Source: an uncultured SAR86 cluster bacterium (GTDB lineage Bacteria > Pseudomonadota > Gammaproteobacteria > Magnimaribacterales > AG-339-G14). Taken from it: a stretch of 64,000 bases of DNA. Shown here in pieces: positions 58,461-64,000 of the stretch. Where the stretch lies: assembly GCA_902540995.1 (NCBI GenBank), contig CACBOY010000004.1, positions 1,609 through 65,608 of the forward strand, written 5' to 3'. Both the position numbers and the translations under genes were made by a program. The notes beneath the pieces were generated by a model. That model worked only from the letters and a program-made list of their open reading frames with translations, searched no databases and was not told the origin of the DNA. Within the stretch, counting starts at the first letter, position 1, and the number at the start of each line of letters is the position of its first letter.

Positions 58461-59828
58461 ATGCCCAACGATAACCTGCTATCTGTAACTCCCATTGATG
58501 GGAGGTATGAATCTCAAACAAAAACTCTTGCAAACTATTTTAGTGAATTTGCTTTGATTAAAACTCGAGTAGAAGTCGAGATTGAATGGCTTGTGCTGAT
58601 ATCAAAAAATAAGTCTCTTAAATTTATTCCAGAAGTTTCAAACAGTCAGCAAAAAAAAATAACTAATATTTTTCAAGACTTTTCTCTCCAAGATGCCAGG
58701 CAAATAAAGAAAATTGAAAAGAAAACGAATCATGATGTCAAAGCAGTCGAACTTTTTATTGTCGAAAAACTAAAAAAATTAAAACTCAATAAACTCTGTG
58801 AATTTGTCCATTTTTGTTGCACTTCTGAGGATATCAATAATCTCTCTTACTCATTGATGTTGCAAAGATTTTTAGATATTGAATTTATACCAGAAGTTAA
58901 TGTTTTACAGAAAAATTTAAATTCTTTAGCAAAGAAATATTCAAAAGTACCTATGTTAGCTTTTACCCATGGGCAACCTGCTTCTCCAACTACACTTGGT
59001 AAGGAATTTTCTAACTACAGTTACCGATTAAAATTTCATTTAGACCTTATTAAATCTATCAAACAAAAAGGAAAATTCAATGGAGCCTCAGGAAATTACA
59101 ACGCTCATGTTGTTGCAGAAAAGAAGGTTAATTGGGAAAGTTTATCTAAAAAATTCGTAAATTCTTTTGGCCTAGATTTTTCTAGTCGTTCAACACAAAT
59201 TGAACTTAAAGATGCCATGGCATTTCAATTAGCAAATACTCATAATTTGAATAACGTGTTCATTGATTTTGCTCAAGATATTTGGCTTTTAATTTCAAAA
59301 AATTATTTAAAGCAAAATTTGAAAGTTGGAGAAGTTGGCTCTTCAACCATGCCTCATAAAGTGAATCCAATAGATTTTGAAAATGCAGAAGGAAATTTAT
59401 CCATGGCTAATGGCTTAATTATTGCCTTGAAAAATAAAATCCAAATATCTAGATTACAAAGAGATTTATCCGATTCAACTGTTTTAAGAAATATTGGCTC
59501 GTTATTTGCTTATATTGTTATTAGTCTTAATTCTTTGAAAAAAGGCATCGCTAAAATAGAGCCTAATAAGGAATTAATCCTCAAAGACCTAGATAACAGT
59601 TGGGAAATTTTAACTGAAGCTATCCAAACCATACTCAGAAAAAATGGTGTTGAGGATAGTTATGCAAAAATTAAATCCATTTCACGTGGAAAAAAGCTTG
59701 ATTATCATTCCTACATAAAGATAATTGACGACTTAAAAATAAATAAAGCAGATAAGGAACTTCTTTTAAGCCTTACTCCAAAAAATTACATTGGACTGGC
59801 AGATAAATTGGCTAAATCTTCTTTTTAA
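58461..59828 (+). CDS. purB: Adenylosuccinate lyase
   Basis: 455 aa. PIDGRY, GSSTMPHKVNP signature. Conserved mnmA-purB neighbourhood. Confidence 0.95.
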   Translation: MPNDNLLSVTPIDGRYESQTKTLANYFSEFALIKTRVEVEIEWLVLISKNKSLKFIPEVSNSQQKKITNIFQDFSLQDARQIKKIEKKTNHDVKAVELFIVEKLKKLKLNKLCEFVHFCCTSEDINNLSYSLMLQRFLDIEFIPEVNVLQKNLNSLAKKYSKVPMLAFTHGQPASPTTLGKEFSNYSYRLKFHLDLIKSIKQKGKFNGASGNYNAHVVAEKKVNWESLSKKFVNSFGLDFSSRSTQIELKDAMAFQLANTHNLNNVFIDFAQDIWLLISKNYLKQNLKVGEVGSSTMPHKVNPIDFENAEGNLSMANGLIIALKNKIQISRLQRDLSDSTVLRNIGSLFAYIVISLNSLKKGIAKIEPNKELILKDLDNSWEILTEAIQTILRKNGVEDSYAKIKSISRGKKLDYHSYIKIIDDLKINKADKELLLSLTPKNYIGLADKLAKSSF

Positions 59829-59844
59829 TCCTAAGGGGCACATT

Positions 59845-61449
59845 ATGTTTGATTACAAAAAAATCGTTAAAGAATATGAGGATCTAAAGAACCAAAGTCC
59901 AAATATTTATAAAAATATCAATCCGGTATCTGCTGCAAGAATGAGATTGCAAAATAGATTTCATACTGGTCTAGATATTGCTCAATACACAGCTGACATC
60001 ATGCATGCTGACATGGCTGATTATGATAAAGACTCTAGCGTTTACACTCAGTCTTTAGGTTGTTGGCACGGTTTTACAGCTCAACAAATGATGATGGAAA
60101 TCAAACGTTCTCACACAACAACTTCTAAAAGATATGTTTATTTAAGTGGCTGGATGATTGCTGCCTTAAGATCAGAGTTTGGCCCACTTCCTGACCAGAG
60201 CATGCATGAAAAAACTGCAGTTCCTAACCTTATCAAAGAGATTTACACCTTCTTAAAGAGAGCTGACTCTGTTCAATTGCAACATTTGTTCAACGAATTA
60301 GATGAAGCAGAAGCGGCAGGAAATAAAACTGAAGACATTATTAAAAAGATTAATAATTTTGAAACTCACGTTGTTCCTATCATTGCAGATATAGATGCTG
60401 GATTCGGGAATGAAGAGGCGACTTACTTGCTTGCAAAAAAGATGATTCAAGCTGGTGCTTGCGCTATTCAAATTGAAAACCAAGTATCTGATGAAAAACA
60501 GTGTGGCCATCAAGACGGGAAAGTAACCGTTCCACACGAAGACTTTTTATCGAAGGTTAATGCTGTTAGATATGCGTTCTTAGAATTAGGTATAAAAAAT
60601 GGAATCATTGTTGCAAGAACTGATTCTCTAGGTGCAGGTTTAACTCAAAAGGTTCCAGTTTCAAAAGAACCAGGAGATCTTGCTGATCAATACAACTCCT
60701 TTCTCGAATCTCATGAAATCAATGATTTGAGTGAATTAGAAGATAACGACGTAACCATTCATCAGGGAGGAAAACTTGTACAACCTGTAAGATTGCCAAA
60801 TGGTCTCTATCAATTCAAAAAAGATACCGGTTTTGATCGAGTAGTACTCGATTGTATAACCAGTCTTGAAAATGGTGCTGATCTTTTATGGATTGAAACC
60901 GAAAAACCAAATGTACAACAGATTGCGGAAATGGTTTCTGCTATCAGAGAAAAACAACCACAAGCAAAACTTGTTTACAACAATTCCCCTTCTTTTAATT
61001 GGACTTTGTCTTTTAGAGAACAGGTTTATCAAGAATGGGTAGAAGCTGGAAAAGATGTTTCAAATTATCCCGATCCTGCAAAGGATCCAAAAGGATTAAT
61101 GAATGAAAAGTTTGATGATTCAGAGCTTGCGATTGAGGCTGACACATACATCCAAAATTTTCAAAAAGACGCTTCAAGAGAGGCAGGAATCTTTCATCAT
61201 TTGATTACCTTACCCACTTATCATGAAACTGCTCTGGGTACTTCAGTTTTATCTGAAGGATACTTTGGCGATCAAGGTATGTTGGCGTATGTTAAAGAAA
61301 TTCAAAGACAAGAAATCAGACGTGATATGTCTTCCGTTAAACACCAGGATTTAGCTGGTTCGACTGTTGGGGATACTCACAAAGAATATTTCTCTGGAGA
61401 TAATGCTCTTAAAGCTGGTGGTGAAGATAATACAATGAATCAGTTTTAA
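59845..61449 (+). CDS. aceA: Isocitrate lyase (long, about 530-aa type)
   Basis: 534 aa from the ATG at 59845 (AAGGGG SD; the track start at 59791 overlaps purB). EKQCGHQDGK variant of the ICL signature, DIDAGFGN, YLSGWM. Confidence 0.85.
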   Translation: MFDYKKIVKEYEDLKNQSPNIYKNINPVSAARMRLQNRFHTGLDIAQYTADIMHADMADYDKDSSVYTQSLGCWHGFTAQQMMMEIKRSHTTTSKRYVYLSGWMIAALRSEFGPLPDQSMHEKTAVPNLIKEIYTFLKRADSVQLQHLFNELDEAEAAGNKTEDIIKKINNFETHVVPIIADIDAGFGNEEATYLLAKKMIQAGACAIQIENQVSDEKQCGHQDGKVTVPHEDFLSKVNAVRYAFLELGIKNGIIVARTDSLGAGLTQKVPVSKEPGDLADQYNSFLESHEINDLSELEDNDVTIHQGGKLVQPVRLPNGLYQFKKDTGFDRVVLDCITSLENGADLLWIETEKPNVQQIAEMVSAIREKQPQAKLVYNNSPSFNWTLSFREQVYQEWVEAGKDVSNYPDPAKDPKGLMNEKFDDSELAIEADTYIQNFQKDASREAGIFHHLITLPTYHETALGTSVLSEGYFGDQGMLAYVKEIQRQEIRRDMSSVKHQDLAGSTVGDTHKEYFSGDNALKAGGEDNTMNQF

Positions 61450-61604
61450 TCAACTGTTTTTCCACAGACCTTACAAGTATCGCCTTTTTCTAAATAAATT
61501 CCTCCGCAGCTTGGCTGGAGGGGTTTATTTTTAAGAATAAGTCCTATCGACATTCCGGCAATCGAAAGAATAATAATAGATATGGCTAATAAGGCTGTAA
61601 TCAT
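61446..61604 (-). CDS. nqrM: (Na+)-NQR maturation factor NqrM (DUF539), 52 aa, not in the ORF track
   Basis: My translation: MITALLAISIIILSIAGMSIGLILKNKPLQPSCGGIYLEKGDTCKVCGKTVD. One TM helix plus the SCGG...C..C cysteine motif. Directly downstream of apbE, as in nqr operons. Confidence 0.7.
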   Translation of the reverse strand: MITALLAISIIILSIAGMSIGLILKNKPLQPSCGGIYLEKGDTCKVCGKTVD

Positions 61605-61608
61605 TTAA

Positions 61609-62454
61609 CTATTGTAACAATTCCTTCCATTGTTTTGATTCAAAAGATTGTATTTTTTCATCACCTTTGTAGATTAGTAACGCAGGGATACCATTATCTC
61701 TAATATTATTTTTAATTAAATCAACTTTTCCTAAAGCAAATAAACCGGTTGCAAGAGCATCAGCATAGGCAGTAGATTTTTTATCCATGACAGAAATCGA
61801 AAGCACATTTTTGTCAATCTTACTTCCTTCAATTCCAACAATATGCCCAGGATTTCTATAATTGCCTGAAGTAGCTATTGAGAGGCTTTGTTTAATTTCA
61901 AAAGGTTTAAATATGCCTGGTTGATTTGGTAAAGGGTTTTCAATTCCAATTTTCCAAAAATTTTTATTTTTCATACCTTCTACCCTAATTTCGCCACCAA
62001 TATTTATAAAAAAATCTTCAATATTTAATTCTTTTAATTTAGAAGAAACGATATCTACCGCATAACCTTTTGCAACTGCATTAAAGTAGTCATAGTCATC
62101 AAATAATATAAATCCTTCAACAGTTTCATTAGCCTTTGCTGAAATTTGAAGAACCTCTTGAAAATAATTTTTAACTTCTTCATCAAATAAGTCAGTATTT
62201 TTACTATCTCTTTTGAATGAAACCAAAGAATCATTTTTGTATGTTGAACAACATTGATTGATTGAAATAAAAATATCATTTATTTCATCATTAATTTTTT
62301 TAATATTGTATTGAGATTTTTCGAACTTTATATCGTAGAACGTACCGAAGGTTTCACCAGATATGGAAAGAGCCTCTTCGTTACTGGAACAAGCTCCTAG
62401 AAAGAAAAGAAAAAAAAATAGAGATTTTTTTAAAAAATTAGCTACCAAAATCAT
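61609..62454 (-). CDS. apbE: FAD:protein FMN transferase ApbE (lipoprotein)
   Basis: 281 aa. Lipobox LGAC, ...AVAKGYAVD..., ...IATSGNYRN..., [12 protein letters not shown]. Position after nqrF. Confidence 0.8.
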   Translation of the reverse strand: MILVANFLKKSLFFFLFFLGACSSNEEALSISGETFGTFYDIKFEKSQYNIKKINDEINDIFISINQCCSTYKNDSLVSFKRDSKNTDLFDEEVKNYFQEVLQISAKANETVEGFILFDDYDYFNAVAKGYAVDIVSSKLKELNIEDFFINIGGEIRVEGMKNKNFWKIGIENPLPNQPGIFKPFEIKQSLSIATSGNYRNPGHIVGIEGSKIDKNVLSISVMDKKSTAYADALATGLFALGKVDLIKNNIRDNGIPALLIYKGDEKIQSFESKQWKELLQ

Positions 62455-63664
62455 CGAACATTATATTTTCTGGTTCAACACCTAGACTATCAAGCATTTT
62501 GAATGCCGCTGACATCATCATAGGAGGACCACAAAGATAGTATTCGCAATCTTCTGGTGAGGGATGATGTTGCAGGTATTCGTCATACAGGACATGACTT
62601 ATAAAACCTGTTAGGCCATCCCAATTATCTTCAGGCAAAGGATCAGATAAAGCTGCATGCCAAGAAAAATTCTCAAAGTCTTTTGATAACTTATCGAATT
62701 CTTCTACATAAAACATTTCTTTTAAGCTTCTCGCTCCATACCAAAAACTAATTTTTCTTGAAGAATTAATTCTAAGAAGTTGGTCAAAAATATGAGACCT
62801 CATTGGAGCCATACCAGCCCCTCCTCCAATAAAAACCATTTCAGCATCAGTTTTTTTGGCTTTAAATTCTCCAAAAGGACCAAAAATAGTAAGTTTGTCA
62901 CCCGGTTTTAAATTAAATAAATAAGATGATGCTTCTCCAGGAGGAACTGACATGCCTGGTGGTGGCGAAGCTATTCGTATATTAAATTTCATGATCCCTT
63001 TTTCTTCAGGATAATTTGCCATTGAGTATGCTCTTATGACTTCTTCTTTTACTGTAGAGACATTATTGAATACCTCAAATCTATCCCAATCCGATTGGTA
63101 CTCATCTTGAATATAAAAATCTTTGTAATCAGCTTGATAAGGTGGAATTTCCATTTGTACGTAACCACCAGCTTCAAATCCAACATCTTCCCCTTCAGGA
63201 AGCTCCAATACTAACTCTTTGATAAAGGTAGCTACATTATCGTTGGATCTAACTGTGGTTTCCCATTTTTTTACGCCAAAAACTTCTTCCGGTATGGTTA
63301 TTTTCATATCACTTTTAACTGGAACCTGACAAGAAAGACGCCAAAAGTCTTTTTTCTCTTTATTATTAAAGTGACTTTCTTCAGTGGATAAAATCGAACC
63401 GCCTCCGTCAAAAACTTGGCAGCGACATTGAGCACATGTCCCGCCCCCACCGCATGCCGAAGACAGAAAAAGATTATTTTCCGCTAAAGTTTGTAAAAGT
63501 TTACCTCCTGCAGGGACAGTAATTTTTTGAGTTGGATCATCATTAATTTCAATAGTTACATCTCCCGTAGAAACCAATTGAGATCTTGCCAAAAGAATTA
63601 TGGCAACCATGACATTAACAATAACTGTAAAAGATAAAATGCCTAAAACTATTTCAGTGACCAT
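62438..63664 (-). CDS. nqrF: Na+-translocating NADH:quinone oxidoreductase subunit F
   Basis: 408 aa. TM anchor, 2Fe-2S ferredoxin cysteines ([10 protein letters not shown]...C), [12 protein letters not shown] motif, [11 protein letters not shown]. Confidence 0.95.
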   Translation of the reverse strand: MVTEIVLGILSFTVIVNVMVAIILLARSQLVSTGDVTIEINDDPTQKITVPAGGKLLQTLAENNLFLSSACGGGGTCAQCRCQVFDGGGSILSTEESHFNNKEKKDFWRLSCQVPVKSDMKITIPEEVFGVKKWETTVRSNDNVATFIKELVLELPEGEDVGFEAGGYVQMEIPPYQADYKDFYIQDEYQSDWDRFEVFNNVSTVKEEVIRAYSMANYPEEKGIMKFNIRIASPPPGMSVPPGEASSYLFNLKPGDKLTIFGPFGEFKAKKTDAEMVFIGGGAGMAPMRSHIFDQLLRINSSRKISFWYGARSLKEMFYVEEFDKLSKDFENFSWHAALSDPLPEDNWDGLTGFISHVLYDEYLQHHPSPEDCEYYLCGPPMMMSAAFKMLDSLGVEPENIMFDDFGS

Positions 63665-64000
63665 TATAAAATGATGCCTCCAAACGACATAAAACCAAAG
63701 CTCATCAAACCAACAATTATAAAAGTAGAACCGAGTCCTTGAAGCCCTTCAGGCATATCACTGTATTTTAATTTCTCTCTTATGCCTGCAAGTATTGTGA
63801 TTGCTAATGCCCAGCCAACCCCTGCTCCTAAGCCATAGGCAACACTTTCTCCAAAATACAGATCTTTTTCTACCATAAAAAGAGAAGCTCCTAAAATTGC
63901 ACAATTAACTGTGATGAGGGGTAAAAATATACCCAAAGCGTTATATAGGACAGGAACATATTTATCTAAAAACATTTCTAATATTTGAACGCAAGCAGCT
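63664..64000 (-). CDS. nqrE: Na+-NQR subunit E, C-terminal part (gene continues past the right edge)
   Basis: [20 protein letters not shown]...[19 protein letters not shown] matches the NqrE C-terminal half. The frame stays open upstream of the track's Met (..[13 protein letters not shown]..) to the window end. Confidence 0.9.
   Translation of the reverse strand, partial: AACVQILEMFLDKYVPVLYNALGIFLPLITVNCAILGASLFMVEKDLYFGESVAYGLGAGVGWALAITILAGIREKLKYSDMPEGLQGLGSTFIIVGLMSFGFMSFGGIIL

Noticed and set aside
59791-59844. The track start of the isocitrate lyase ORF overlaps the purB 3' end.
   Set aside because: The ATG at 59845 follows an AAGGGG SD, and the extra 18 residues (MDWQINWLNLLFNPKGHI) are read through the purB 3' end and the intergenic spacer.
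1-64000. Searched for tRNA, rRNA, tmRNA, SRP RNA, riboswitches, CRISPR arrays, integrases, transposases and known defence-system genes.
   Set aside because: None found. Intergenic spacers are short (mostly under 130 bp) and AT-rich, and no ORF shows recombinase, transposase, nuclease-helicase or Cas-like motifs.

Overview
The window is an AT-rich, very gene-dense bacterial chromosome segment with many 1-4 nt start/stop overlaps. Gene order looks gammaproteobacterial: rne<>rluC, rpmF-fabG-acpP-fabF-mltG-tmk-holB, clpS-clpA next to infA, icd<>mnmA-purB, and nqrE-nqrF-apbE-nqrM. A streamlined marine lineage (SAR86-like) is only an inference from composition and compaction. I found no rRNA, tRNA, CRISPR array, transposase or integrase. 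Housekeeping blocks at about 3.6-26 kb and 53-64 kb flank an accessory stretch of about 27 kb (26.2-53.0 kb). That stretch holds five groups of genes. (i) A Wzc/Wza-type polysaccharide export pair. (ii) A TetR-associated cluster with two DhlA-type haloalkane dehalogenase homologues, a GST-like protein and a nitronate-monooxygenase-like flavoprotein; a third, DhaA/LinB-type dehalogenase lies 10 kb further on. (iii) An Anbu (proteasome-like) / circularly permuted ATP-grasp / alpha-E cluster. (iv) A lipoprotein combining an HExxH motif with a C-terminal cupredoxin-type copper site. (v) The best candidate for an undescribed system: a two-gene module present three times, made of a 48-56 aa lipoprotein ORF (below the ORF-track size cut-off) directly followed by a large signal-peptide-bearing protein (561, 1042 and 994 aa). 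The three large proteins are paralogues and I recognise no characterised domain in their conserved parts. Other points: MetRS is encoded as a core gene plus a separate overlapping tRNA-binding-domain gene; nqrM is an unlisted small ORF; a fabD-like gene sits away from the fab cluster; and three ORF-track starts need correcting (P1, NMO, aceA). All calls rest on motif recognition by eye, and no database search was run.
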